Assembly: GCA_964291625.2 (NCBI GenBank)
Contig: OZ220089.1
Span: forward strand, 384,001 to 448,000
DNA length: 64,000 nucleotides
Direction of reading: 5' to 3'
From: Candidatus Latescibacterota bacterium
Lineage (GTDB): Bacteria; Latescibacterota; UBA2968; UBA8231
Part shown: positions 30,456-39,461 of the stretch, piece by piece
Layout of the letters: each line of letters begins with the position of its first letter
How positions within the stretch are numbered: position 1 is the first letter of the stretch
Position numbers and translations under genes: made by a program
The notes under the pieces: model-generated
What the model saw: only the letters and a program-made list of their open reading frames with translations
Databases searched by the model: none
Told to the model about the DNA's origin: nothing

Positions 30456-31430
30456 ATGGAACCCGCCATCCGGATGACGGGCGTCACCAAGAGCTTCGGG
30501 CGGACCACCGCCGTGGAAGACCTGGATCTGGAGGTGCCCCGGGGCGGGCTGCACGGGTTCATCGGGCCCAACGGCGCCGGCAAGACGACCTCGATCCGGA
30601 TGATCCTGTCCATCCTCTTCCCGGACTCTGGGGCCGTCTCGGTGCTGGGACATCCCTCCGCCCTGGACGCCAAGGACCGCATCGGCTACCTGCCCGAGGA
30701 GCGGGGCCTGTACCGAAAGATGAGGGTCCGCTCCTTCCTCAAGTACATGGCCCGCCTCAAGGGCGACGAGGGCCCCGATCTCGACCGCCGCATCGCCGAG
30801 TGGCTGGAGCGCGTCGGTCTTCCCGGGGACGGGACCGGGCGCTGCGAGGAGCTGTCGAAGGGGATGTCTCAGAAGGTGCAGTTCGTGGCCGCCGTCATCC
30901 ACCGGCCCGACCTGCTGGTCCTGGACGAGCCCTTCAGCGGCCTCGACCCGGTGAGCACCCGCAGGCTCCGCGACGTCATCCTCGAGGAGCGCGGCCGGGG
31001 CGCCACGGTCCTGCTCTCCACGCACGTCATGCCCCGGGCCGAGGAGATCTGCGAGCACGTCGTCATGGTCCACAAGGGCCGCAAGGTGCTCGACGACTCC
31101 CTCGCCGCCATCCGCCGCCGCCACGACCCGCGGTCGATCCGCTTCGAGCCCCTCGATCCGGAGGCCGACACCACGCCCCTGGCTTCGCTGCCCGGCGTGG
31201 AGAGCCTGCGGGGCGAGGACCGGGGCCTGGAGATCCGCCTCCGCCAGGGCACCGATCCCTCCGCGGCGATGCCGCTCATCCTGCAGACGGTCCCGGCGGC
31301 GCGCATCGAGCTGGCCCGGCCCCGTCTCGAGGACGTCTTCCTCGAGCAGGCTTCGGAGGCCCGCTCCCCGGAGGAGGAACGGCAGCTGCGGGCGGAGCTC
31401 GGCGACGCCGCTCCGGAGGGTACCGAATGA
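30456..31430 (+). CDS. ABC transporter ATP-binding protein (YhaQ/NatA-like)
   Basis: GPNGAGKT, LSKGM and LDEPFSGLDP motifs. Confidence 0.92.
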   Translation: MEPAIRMTGVTKSFGRTTAVEDLDLEVPRGGLHGFIGPNGAGKTTSIRMILSILFPDSGAVSVLGHPSALDAKDRIGYLPEERGLYRKMRVRSFLKYMARLKGDEGPDLDRRIAEWLERVGLPGDGTGRCEELSKGMSQKVQFVAAVIHRPDLLVLDEPFSGLDPVSTRRLRDVILEERGRGATVLLSTHVMPRAEEICEHVVMVHKGRKVLDDSLAAIRRRHDPRSIRFEPLDPEADTTPLASLPGVESLRGEDRGLEIRLRQGTDPSAAMPLILQTVPAARIELARPRLEDVFLEQASEARSPEEERQLRAELGDAAPEGTE

Positions 31431-32806
31431 GACGCGTCCTCAGGATCGCCCTCCGGGACTTCCTCGCCGTCGTGGCCAGGAAGGGCTTCATCTTCGGGGT
31501 GCTGCTCACCCCGGCCATGATCGCGGCCATGGTCGTCCTGGGACCCCGGTACATGCACATGATCGCCCACGCGGACTTCCGCATCGAGGGGGAGTACGCC
31601 GTCCTGGACCCGACGGGGCGGGTCCTAGCCGAGATGGAGCGGGTCCTGGATGCGGGGGGAATCGCCGAAGGCGAGCTGCGGGAGCTGCGCCGGAACCTTG
31701 AGCAGGCGCCGGAGGCGGCCCGGGCCCTCGCCGAGGCCGCCATCGAGCAGGCGCGGAGGGAGTCCCACTGGCCCGCCGGCGAGATCCGGCTGATCCCGCT
31801 GGCCGCGGGCACGGAGATGGAAGCGGCGAAAGTCTCTCTGAGCGCCGAGGACGGCGAGGCCGGGCCCCGGGCCCTGATCGTGGTCCACGAGGACGCCGTG
31901 GAGGCGGCCGGTCCCGAGGCCGGGTTCGGGACCTACGACCTCTACGTGCCCGCCGGCCTCGACCAGCGGGAGCTGGACTTCCTGCACCGCATCGCCCGGG
32001 AGGCGATCGTCAGCGCCCGCGTCTCCGCCCGGGGCCAGGACCGGGCCGGGATCGAGTCCCTCGTGCGGGTCTCCCGGCCGCGGTCGACCACGGTCGGCGC
32101 GGGGGACGAACGGCAGACGGTCAGCGGCTTCGGCTTCATCCTGCCCGCCGCCTTCACCCTGCTCCTGTTCATGGGGGTCATGACCGGCGGCCAGACGCTG
32201 CTGACCTCGATGGTGGAGGAGAAGTCGAGCCGCGTCGTGGAGGTGCTCCTGTCGGCGGTGTCGCCGATGGAGCTCATGGCCGGCAAGCTCATCGGGGGCG
32301 TGGCGGTCAGCCTGGTCATGATGGGCGTCTACGTCCTGACGGGGCTGGCGATGCTGGCCTCCTTCTCCCTCTTCGGCCTCCTCGACCCCTGGCTGATCCT
32401 CTACCTGCTGATCTTCTTCTTCATCGGCTTCTTCACCCTCGGGGCCCTGATGCTGGCCGTGGGAGCCGCCGTCAACGACATGAACGAGGCCGGGCCGCTC
32501 CTGACGCCCCTCATGCTCGTCTCCATGGCCCCGTGGCTCCTCTGGCCGCTGGTCTCCACCAGCCCCGGCCACCCGGTCGCCGTCGCCGCGAGCTACCTGC
32601 CGCCCGTCAACACCTACGGGATGCTCATGCGCATGGCCTCGACCCAGCCGCCCCCCTGGTGGGAGGTCTGGCTGTCGATCGCGGTCGGCGCCGCCGCGGT
32701 GGTCGGAGCCGTGTGGCTGGCGGCCAAGGTCTTCCGGATCGGACTGCTGATGCAGGGCAAGCCGCCCGGCCTGAAGACGCTCCTCGCCTGGATCCGGGCC
32801 GCCTGA
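31427..32806 (+). CDS. ABC-2 permease (YhaP/NatB-like)
   Basis: EEKSSRVVEVLLS and ELMAGK motifs; large extracytoplasmic loop; ATGA overlap with the ATPase gene. Confidence 0.9.
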   Translation: MRRVLRIALRDFLAVVARKGFIFGVLLTPAMIAAMVVLGPRYMHMIAHADFRIEGEYAVLDPTGRVLAEMERVLDAGGIAEGELRELRRNLEQAPEAARALAEAAIEQARRESHWPAGEIRLIPLAAGTEMEAAKVSLSAEDGEAGPRALIVVHEDAVEAAGPEAGFGTYDLYVPAGLDQRELDFLHRIAREAIVSARVSARGQDRAGIESLVRVSRPRSTTVGAGDERQTVSGFGFILPAAFTLLLFMGVMTGGQTLLTSMVEEKSSRVVEVLLSAVSPMELMAGKLIGGVAVSLVMMGVYVLTGLAMLASFSLFGLLDPWLILYLLIFFFIGFFTLGALMLAVGAAVNDMNEAGPLLTPLMLVSMAPWLLWPLVSTSPGHPVAVAASYLPPVNTYGMLMRMASTQPPPWWEVWLSIAVGAAAVVGAVWLAAKVFRIGLLMQGKPPGLKTLLAWIRAA

Positions 32807-33171
32807 GTCCCGGGTTTCCGGCGCCACCGAGGGCCGGAAACCGCAGCCGACCGCTTCGCCGGAGGGGCCTGCCGCCGGCGGGCGGTCCGGGTCTGCGACG
32901 CCGGCGGACGCCGGCGCAACGGGCTGGCGGCGCTCCCCATGGCTGCCGGATTCCCCGCCGCCGACGGCTGCCGGCCGGGTCTGTCGCGCTGGGCGGTGCC
33001 GGCGGCGGAGGCCGCGGCCCCAGAGAGTCGATTGTCGAGTACCTGTAACGGTCGCGCCGCGCGATCGTCACTTCGGCGCCCTAGCTTGATGACTCTCCCC
33101 CGCCTCTTCACAGCTGCTCGTCACCCCGCTCTCCGCTCGCCAACGGCCACTCACGCGACAGGAGTTCCGCC

Positions 33172-34134
33172 ATGCCCCAGGAAACCCTGATGATCATCGG
33201 GTTTCTGCTCGGCGCCTACTCGATCGTCGGCAACGACGCGATCCAGACCCTGGGGACCTTCCTCAGCTCCAACACCCACCGCCCGTGGTGGGTGCTCTGG
33301 CTCTTCGGCGGCGGGGTCATCACCGTCGTCCTGGTCTACGGGTGGGTGGTCCATTCGGGGGACGTTTCCTACGGCCGGCTGCGGGCGATCCCGGTGCCGG
33401 AGCGGTTCGTCTGGATCTACTGCATCCCCCCCTTCGTCCTGCTCCTGCTGACGCGCGTCGGGGTCCCGGTGAGCACCACCTTCCTCACCCTGACGATCTT
33501 CGCCCCCAAGGCGCTGCCGGCGATGCTGGTCAAGTCGCTGCTGGGATATGCGACGGCCTTCGTCGCCGCCATCCTCGTCTACAAGCTGGTCACCCGCGCC
33601 CTCGAGCACCGCTTCAACCAGACCGAGGGCCCCACCGGCGGCTGGTGGGTCGTGGCCCAGTGGTGCTCCACCGGCTTCCTCTGGAGCCAGTGGCTGATCC
33701 AGGACCTGGCCAACATCTACGTCTTCCTGCCCCGGGACCCGGTGACCCGCACGCCGGACATCTCCGTGGGGTGGTTGGCGGCCAGCGTCGTCGTCATCGT
33801 GGCCCTGCTCGCCTACATCTTCTACACCCACGGCGGCGCCATCCAGAAGGTGGTGCTCACCAAGACGAACACCACCGACATCCGCTCGGCGACCTTCGTC
33901 GACCTCATCTACGGGATCGTACTGTTCCTGTTCAAGGAGGTCAGCAACCTGCCCATGAGCACGACCTGGGTCTTCGTGGGCCTGCTCGCCGGACGGGAGA
34001 TCGCCATCGCCTGGAACGAGAACCACCGCGGGCGCCCGGAGGTCACCCGCCTGGTCCTCACCGACCTGGCCAAGATCTTCTCCGGACTCGGGGTGAGCGT
34101 CGCCCTCGCCCTGCTGCTGCCCAGGCTGGTGTAG
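33172..34134 (+). CDS. membrane protein, distant PiT/PHO4-like
   Basis: GNDAIQTLGTF, PVSTTF, QDLAN and PMSTTW reproduce the duplicated PiT-like signature; AGGAG RBS. Confidence 0.65.
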   Translation: MPQETLMIIGFLLGAYSIVGNDAIQTLGTFLSSNTHRPWWVLWLFGGGVITVVLVYGWVVHSGDVSYGRLRAIPVPERFVWIYCIPPFVLLLLTRVGVPVSTTFLTLTIFAPKALPAMLVKSLLGYATAFVAAILVYKLVTRALEHRFNQTEGPTGGWWVVAQWCSTGFLWSQWLIQDLANIYVFLPRDPVTRTPDISVGWLAASVVVIVALLAYIFYTHGGAIQKVVLTKTNTTDIRSATFVDLIYGIVLFLFKEVSNLPMSTTWVFVGLLAGREIAIAWNENHRGRPEVTRLVLTDLAKIFSGLGVSVALALLLPRLV

Positions 34135-35319
34135 CTACCACCCCTTCCAGCTGCCGTCCTCGTGGCGGTACTGGCGCCAGGGCAGCGGCTCGTACGGCAG
34201 CTTCTCGATCTCCCGGGCCTTCACGGTGACGCCGAGGCCCGGCGCATCGGAGAGGCTGATGTGGCCGCCGGCGATGGTCCAGTCGTGCTCGACGTACTCC
34301 CCGAAGCCGTCGAACCAGGAGCGGCTCATCTCCTGGATCAGGAAGTTGGGTGTCACGGCGTCGGCGGTCAGCGAAGCGGCCAGGGTCAGGGGGCCGCCGG
34401 CGTTGTGGGGCGCCATCAGCATCTGCTCCGCCCGCGCGGCGCGGCCGATCTCCACCAGGCCGGTGATGCCCGAGCAGTGGCAGACGTCGGGCTGCAGGTA
34501 GGCGCAGGCGCGGCGCCGGATCAGGGGCTGGAAGTCGGCGAGGGTGAAGAGCTTCTCCCCCGCGGCGACCGGCACCGGGCTCTTCCTCGACACCTCCAGC
34601 AGGGCCTCCACCGAGCCGGTCTTCACCGGCTCCTCCAGGAACAGCGGCCGGTACCGGGCGACCGCCTCGGCGAAGGCGAGGCTCAGCTCCGGCGTGGGGC
34701 TGCCGTGGGCGTCCAGCAGCAGGTCGAGGCCGTCGCCCACGGCTTCGCGCATCGCCTGCACGCAGGCCGCCGAGTGGTCGACGGCCCCGCGGTCCATGGG
34801 CCAGGTCCGCGTCTCCAGGGGATTGCCCTTGACGCCGGCGTACCCGGCCTCCAGGGCCTCCCGGGCGCCGGCGGCGGCCGCCTCCGGCGAGTCCAGGGAG
34901 GTCGAGGTGTAGACGCGGACCCGGTCCCTGCGCTTGCCGCCGAGGATGGTGTGGGCCGGCACCCCCCAGGCCTTCCCGGCGATGTCGTGGAGGGCCTGGT
35001 CCACCGCCGCCAGGGCGCTGCCGAAGACGGGTCCGCCCTTCCAGGGCATTCGGTCCTGCACATCCTCGCACAGGGCCTGCACCTGCAGCGGGTCGCGTCC
35101 GACGAGCAGCTCCTCCCAGGCGTGGAGGGCCGCCTCCACCGGCTCGACGAGCCACTCGCCGGTGCCCTCCCCCCAGCCGCTGATGCCGGCGTCGGTCCGC
35201 AGCTCCAGGAACAGCCACGGCTTGGAGGTGGAGCACAGCAGCTCGCCGGTGGCCGGGTCATGGATCCGCTGCCCGGTGGGGACGCTGAACTTGTAGGTGC
35301 GCAGAGAGCGGATCTTCAC
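34135..35319 (-). CDS. mandelate racemase/galactonate dehydratase-family enolase
   Basis: GWGEG, DIAGKAWGVP...GG, LDAHG, FLEEP, AGEKL, QPD and APHN motifs; GTG start after AAGGAGG. Confidence 0.9.
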   Translation of the reverse strand: MKIRSLRTYKFSVPTGQRIHDPATGELLCSTSKPWLFLELRTDAGISGWGEGTGEWLVEPVEAALHAWEELLVGRDPLQVQALCEDVQDRMPWKGGPVFGSALAAVDQALHDIAGKAWGVPAHTILGGKRRDRVRVYTSTSLDSPEAAAAGAREALEAGYAGVKGNPLETRTWPMDRGAVDHSAACVQAMREAVGDGLDLLLDAHGSPTPELSLAFAEAVARYRPLFLEEPVKTGSVEALLEVSRKSPVPVAAGEKLFTLADFQPLIRRRACAYLQPDVCHCSGITGLVEIGRAARAEQMLMAPHNAGGPLTLAASLTADAVTPNFLIQEMSRSWFDGFGEYVEHDWTIAGGHISLSDAPGLGVTVKAREIEKLPYEPLPWRQYRHEDGSWKGW

Positions 35320-35406
35320 GGGGTGACCTCCCTTGGCTGGCGGCGGCGGCGATTGCACAAGTGGATAGTCGTCGCTATAGTCGAAGTCAATGAGGGAGAT
35401 CGTCTC

Positions 35407-35613
35407 ATGACCGAAGTCATCTTCGAGGTAACCGAAGCGGCCGAAGGCGGCTTCGACGCCAGGGCGCTCGGACACAGCATCTTCACCCGGGGAGAGGACT
35501 GGGACGACCTGAAGGTGATGGCCAGGGATGCGGTCCTCTGCCACTTCGAGGAAGAGGAGGCGCCGCGGGTGATCCGGCTGCATCTGGTGCGGGAGGAAGC
35601 CATCGCTGTATGA
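35407..35613 (+). CDS. HicB-like antitoxin (short form, no DNA-binding domain)
   Basis: 68 aa, EAAEGGFDARALGHSIFTRGEDWDDLKVMARDAV; overlaps the hicA start (ATGA). Confidence 0.72.
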   Translation: MTEVIFEVTEAAEGGFDARALGHSIFTRGEDWDDLKVMARDAVLCHFEEEEAPRVIRLHLVREEAIAV

Positions 35614-35858
35614 AGCTTCCGCGTGACCTGTCCGGGGAGGAGGTCGCCGGGCTGCTCTCGCGCCACTACGGTTACCGGATCGCGCGTACGAGCGGAAGCC
35701 ACATGAGGATGACCTTGACGATCGGTGACAACCGACACAGTGCGACCGTACCCAGACATCGGGACCTGCGTGTCGGCACCCTCGACGGCATCATTGCCGA
35801 CGTGGCGGCGTTCCTCGGTCAGTCGAAGGAGCGAGTACGCCAGACGCTATTCGGGTGA
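35610..35858 (+). CDS. hicA: HicA family mRNA interferase toxin
   Basis: MKLPRDLSG, R-x-SGSH, TVPRH and GTL motifs. Confidence 0.85.
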   Translation: MKLPRDLSGEEVAGLLSRHYGYRIARTSGSHMRMTLTIGDNRHSATVPRHRDLRVGTLDGIIADVAAFLGQSKERVRQTLFG

Positions 35859-35951
35859 TGGGGCGTTCCACCACCAGCCCTACTCCGGCGTAGCAGCAAC
35901 TCTTCGCCAAGTAAGGTAGGCTCCGCTCTCAGTAGGTCGCGCCAGTACCGC

Positions 35952-36947
35952 TCAGTCGAGCTGGAGGTGCTCGGGCACCAGTTCCTGGCGGAAGCGGAAG
36001 ACCTGCGGGTCGGCGGCGTCGACCCGCACCCGGACCCAGTGCAGGTGGGGCGAGCCGAAGACCTCGAGGCGCGTGAAGTTGTCGAGACGCCGGCGGCTGA
36101 CCGGCCCCAACAGCGGCTTGTCGATGCGGAAGTAGTGGGCGTCCCCGTGGACGAGGAGGACGGGCCGGGCGAAGGCGGAGGTCTCGGCGGCCAGGGCTTC
36201 GATGAACCCGGTGTAGGGCTCTGGCGGGTCCGCCCCCTGGTGGCGCTCGAAGCGCGGGTTCGCGTGGACGGCGATGATCACTCCGGCGGCGTCCGACTCC
36301 CCCGCCGCCTCGAAGGCCTGGCCCATCCAGGCGACGGCCGCCTCGTTGCGCCGGGTCACCTCGGCGTCGTCGGCCGGGGTCCGTGCCGGGAAGGGGGCCA
36401 GGGCGTTGCTGCTTCCCACGATGTGCAGGGTGGCGAAGACGACGCCGCCGCGGCTCCAGCGGACGTTCTCGGGGAACTCCTCCCAGGCCGGGTCCGCCGC
36501 CTGGGAGACCACCTGCAGCGAGTCCCCTCCCAGGACCCGCCCCGGGGGGGTGAAGAACAGGGCCCGCAGCTTCGCCAGCCGCTCCAGGGGCTCCCGGAAC
36601 CCCGGGCCCGGCCGGTGGCAGTCCGTCCAGTCGTTGTCCCCCGGCGTCAGCACGAAGGCATGGCGGAAGGTGGAGAACAGCTGGAGCCGCGACTCCAGGG
36701 CCTCGTCGGCGCAGGAAGTACTGCCGCCCTTGATGTCCCCCACGTGCAGCACGAAGGCGAGGTCCTCGGCGTTGATGAGATCCCGGAGCCGGAGGAAGCG
36801 CAGGCTGTCGGTCTCGCTGTAGGGCACGTCGCCGATGGCGGCGAACTCGAAGGCGTCGGCATGCGCAGTCGGCGCCTGCCACGGGAGATGGGCCGCGGCG
36901 CAGAGCAGGACGGCGCGGGCGGCTCCCTTCACGGCGTCAGGGAACAC
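35952..36947 (-). CDS. secreted calcineurin-like metallophosphoesterase
   Basis: Signal peptide; GDVPY, HVGDIK, PGDNDW and VHGDAH motifs. Confidence 0.85.
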   Translation of the reverse strand: MFPDAVKGAARAVLLCAAAHLPWQAPTAHADAFEFAAIGDVPYSETDSLRFLRLRDLINAEDLAFVLHVGDIKGGSTSCADEALESRLQLFSTFRHAFVLTPGDNDWTDCHRPGPGFREPLERLAKLRALFFTPPGRVLGGDSLQVVSQAADPAWEEFPENVRWSRGGVVFATLHIVGSSNALAPFPARTPADDAEVTRRNEAAVAWMGQAFEAAGESDAAGVIIAVHANPRFERHQGADPPEPYTGFIEALAAETSAFARPVLLVHGDAHYFRIDKPLLGPVSRRRLDNFTRLEVFGSPHLHWVRVRVDAADPQVFRFRQELVPEHLQLD

Positions 36948-37257
36948 CGTCCCACTCCTCTCCGTAGTGGAAGGTGATCTCCTCGTCCTTGCGGATCACC
37001 CGCCGGGCGTAGAGCCGGTCGCCGTCGAACTCGGCGTTGGGCCTGCTGGAGTGATTGAGGAAGCGCAGGCCGCTGCGCCCCAGCCGGCCCACGGTCCGGC
37101 CTTCCCCCCACTCGACCCACAGGACGTAGGTGCTGTCGCGTCTGGTGGTGACCCCGGTGTACACGCCGATCATCTCCCCTCGAGGGATCCGGCGGGCGGC
37201 GAAGACGCCGGTGCCGTGGATCGGGCTGGGAGCGTTGTAGTAGTTGCGGTTCGGCAC
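36937..37257 (-). CDS. minimal SET-domain methyltransferase
   Basis: SPIHGTGVFA, RFLNHSSRPNA and EEITFHYG motifs; start GTG 37257 (alternative TTG 37266). Confidence 0.88.
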   Translation of the reverse strand: MPNRNYYNAPSPIHGTGVFAARRIPRGEMIGVYTGVTTRRDSTYVLWVEWGEGRTVGRLGRSGLRFLNHSSRPNAEFDGDRLYARRVIRKDEEITFHYGEEWDGVP

Positions 37258-37371
37258 GGCGGCCAACGGTAGGGATGGTTCGGGGGCTTCGGCAAGGAGG
37301 TCGACGACAGGCCCGGCGGGCGCCCCTGTTGCGTCGGCAGGGGCGCTGCCGGGCGGAAGATCAACCCCTTT

Positions 37372-37884
37372 CTAGCCTTCCTCGTCGTGGTCCTCCTCGT
37401 GGGAGTGCTCGGAGCCCGGGCCGTCTTCTTCGACGTGGATCTCGACCTCCTTCGAGACGAAGTCGGCGTGGTCGTTGTGGTTCAGCTTGATCACCAGGGT
37501 GGTCTGCCCTTCTTCCAGGCCTGCCACGTGGAAGGACCAGGGGCCGTCTTCCTCGTGGTGCTCGACCTCGGCGATGGTCTCGTCGCCGATCTCCCAGCCA
37601 AGGCCGTATCCGTCGTCCGCGTCCGGGACGAACCGGTCGCCGTCTTCGGCGAGGAAGCGCACCGTCAGCAGGGCTGTTTCCAGGCCGTGGCCGACCTCGA
37701 TTTCCCCCTCTACCTGGCCGTTTTCCTGGCGGACGAGTTCCTCGCCGCTGCCGAGGATGACCAGGCCGAAGGCCTCGGCGTGGTCATCCCACTCATGGGG
37801 GTCCACGGGATTGTCGTCGTCGCCGCAGCCGGCGAACAACAGCAATGCGAGAAGGGATGATGCGGTTGAGATGATCCTGAGCAT
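37372..37884 (-). CDS. His/acid-rich lipoprotein, probably metal-binding
   Basis: Lipobox LFAG-C; HEWDDHAE, HNDHADF and EHSHEEDHDEE segments; GGAGG RBS. Confidence 0.75.
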   Translation of the reverse strand: MLRIISTASSLLALLLFAGCGDDDNPVDPHEWDDHAEAFGLVILGSGEELVRQENGQVEGEIEVGHGLETALLTVRFLAEDGDRFVPDADDGYGLGWEIGDETIAEVEHHEEDGPWSFHVAGLEEGQTTLVIKLNHNDHADFVSKEVEIHVEEDGPGSEHSHEEDHDEEG

Positions 37885-38103
37885 GGTACGGTCCTCCGGG
37901 TAGTGTCCCCGCGCCCGGATGGGCCCGGGGAACATGTGGTAGGTGTGAACCGGGCGGAGATGGCCGAGGGATTGAGCCCTCCAGCCTGGTCCGACCGGAG
38001 CCGGGAGAATCGCATCCGCACACACCGATCCGGTGGCCGCTGAAGGGACGAGCGGAATCCCCCGGGACGGTGGGAAGGGACTAGGGGAAGCGGGTGCGGA
38101 TGC

Positions 38104-38418
38104 TCAGGAGCGGGGTGGGGCGCGGTTCTCGAAGGAGTAGCCGCGGAAGAAGAGCGGCAGCGGGAGGGACCAGGGAGTACCCCTGCGGAGGCGGGTACCG
38201 GCGCTCCCGAAAAGGAGCGGAAGGATGACGACCACGAGCAGCACGAGGCCGCTCTCGATCATGCAGACCGGGCAGCTCTCCGGCCCGGCTTCCCCCTCGT
38301 GCTCGTGAAACAGCTCGTGACCGAAGGGAAGGGCCAGGAGGAGTCCGATCAGCAGGGCCCCGAGGCAGAGCGCTGCCAGATTCGCGGGCCCTCGGCGGTC
38401 CTTGCGGTCGTGCTTCAC
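38104..38418 (-). CDS. DUF2946-like small membrane protein with HxH, CxxC and C-terminal RAPP (putative ribosome-arrest leader)
   Basis: TM helix, HELFHEHE...CPVC, ends NRAPPRS; the GTG start overlaps the WD40 stop. Confidence 0.72.
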   Translation of the reverse strand: MKHDRKDRRGPANLAALCLGALLIGLLLALPFGHELFHEHEGEAGPESCPVCMIESGLVLLVVVILPLLFGSAGTRLRRGTPWSLPLPLFFRGYSFENRAPPRS

Positions 38419-39461
38419 CCGTTGCTCACTCGCCAGACCGTGGCGCCACCCTGGGCGTCGAGGGCGGCCAGGGCGCGGCCATCGGGCCGCCAGTACAAGG
38501 CGCCGACAACATCCGCCACGGGCGCAGCTCCTATCGGATCGCCTTGTCCATCGCGCCTGAGCGACCACACGACGACGGCGCCATCCCGGGCTCCCGAGGC
38601 CAGGCGCATCCCGCGGCGAGCGAAGGCGAGGGCTGTAACCGTTCGAGCATGATGCTCCAGAACGCCGGGCCGCGTGCCTTCGGGACCACTCCCCCGAAAG
38701 CTCCAGACCGTCACCGCCTCGCCTCCGCCGGTGGCCAGCAGGGTGCCGGTGTCATCGAAGGCCAGGGCCGACGGCTTGGCCGGATATCCCGACATCATCG
38801 AGTCCTCCTCCGTGGAGCGGCGCCAGAAGTGAACCGAGTTGTCCTGGCTGCCGCAGGCCACGATATCCCCGTCCGGGCTCAGTACCAGCGACACCAGGGA
38901 GCCCTGCCACTCCAGCTTCTGGCGAAGCTCCCCGGTGGACGCGTCGAAGAACGCCACCCGGCCGTAACAGGCCGTCGCCAGCTCCTCGGCGCCGGACCAG
39001 GCGATGGCGCTGACGGTGCTGGGATGGTCGTCTGATCGCCAGACTTCTCCGCCGTTGGCAGCATACGCGCGAACCTGCCGGGAGCAGGAGGCTGCCAGCC
39101 ACTGGCCGTCGGGCGACCACGCCACGTTTTCCACCCAACCGCCGCCGACGTCGATAGCCTCGCTGACCTGACCGTCGGCGACGCGCCAGATGAGGACTCG
39201 TCCGTCCTGGCCGGCCGTAGCGAACGTGGTTCCACCAGGGTGGATCGCCATGGCGAGGACGCCGCCATCGTGAGCTCCCTGCCGCGCCCAGGCGCTTGCG
39301 CCGGACTTGCCGTCGAAGGCGTGGACGCCGCCCGCGGCGTCACCGACCACCAGCGCCTCGCCGCGGAGGGTCCAGCCCCCGGCGATGGCGTAGTCGCCGG
39401 CCTCCGCGGACCAGCCCCGGCGAAGAGCGCCCCTCGGGCCGCCGGCATTCAGATCAGACAT
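38415..39461 (-). CDS. WD40-repeat protein (COG0523-associated type)
   Basis: Repeated ATAGQDGRVLIW, AWSPDG, ACGSQDNSVHFW and ASGARDGAVVVW units. Confidence 0.9.
   Translation of the reverse strand: MSDLNAGGPRGALRRGWSAEAGDYAIAGGWTLRGEALVVGDAAGGVHAFDGKSGASAWARQGAHDGGVLAMAIHPGGTTFATAGQDGRVLIWRVADGQVSEAIDVGGGWVENVAWSPDGQWLAASCSRQVRAYAANGGEVWRSDDHPSTVSAIAWSGAEELATACYGRVAFFDASTGELRQKLEWQGSLVSLVLSPDGDIVACGSQDNSVHFWRRSTEEDSMMSGYPAKPSALAFDDTGTLLATGGGEAVTVWSFRGSGPEGTRPGVLEHHARTVTALAFARRGMRLASGARDGAVVVWSLRRDGQGDPIGAAPVADVVGALYWRPDGRALAALDAQGGATVWRVSNG

Noticed and set aside
33040-33125. Pho box upstream of the PiT-like gene
   Set aside because: The GTCAC-like half-sites are not at 11-bp spacing.
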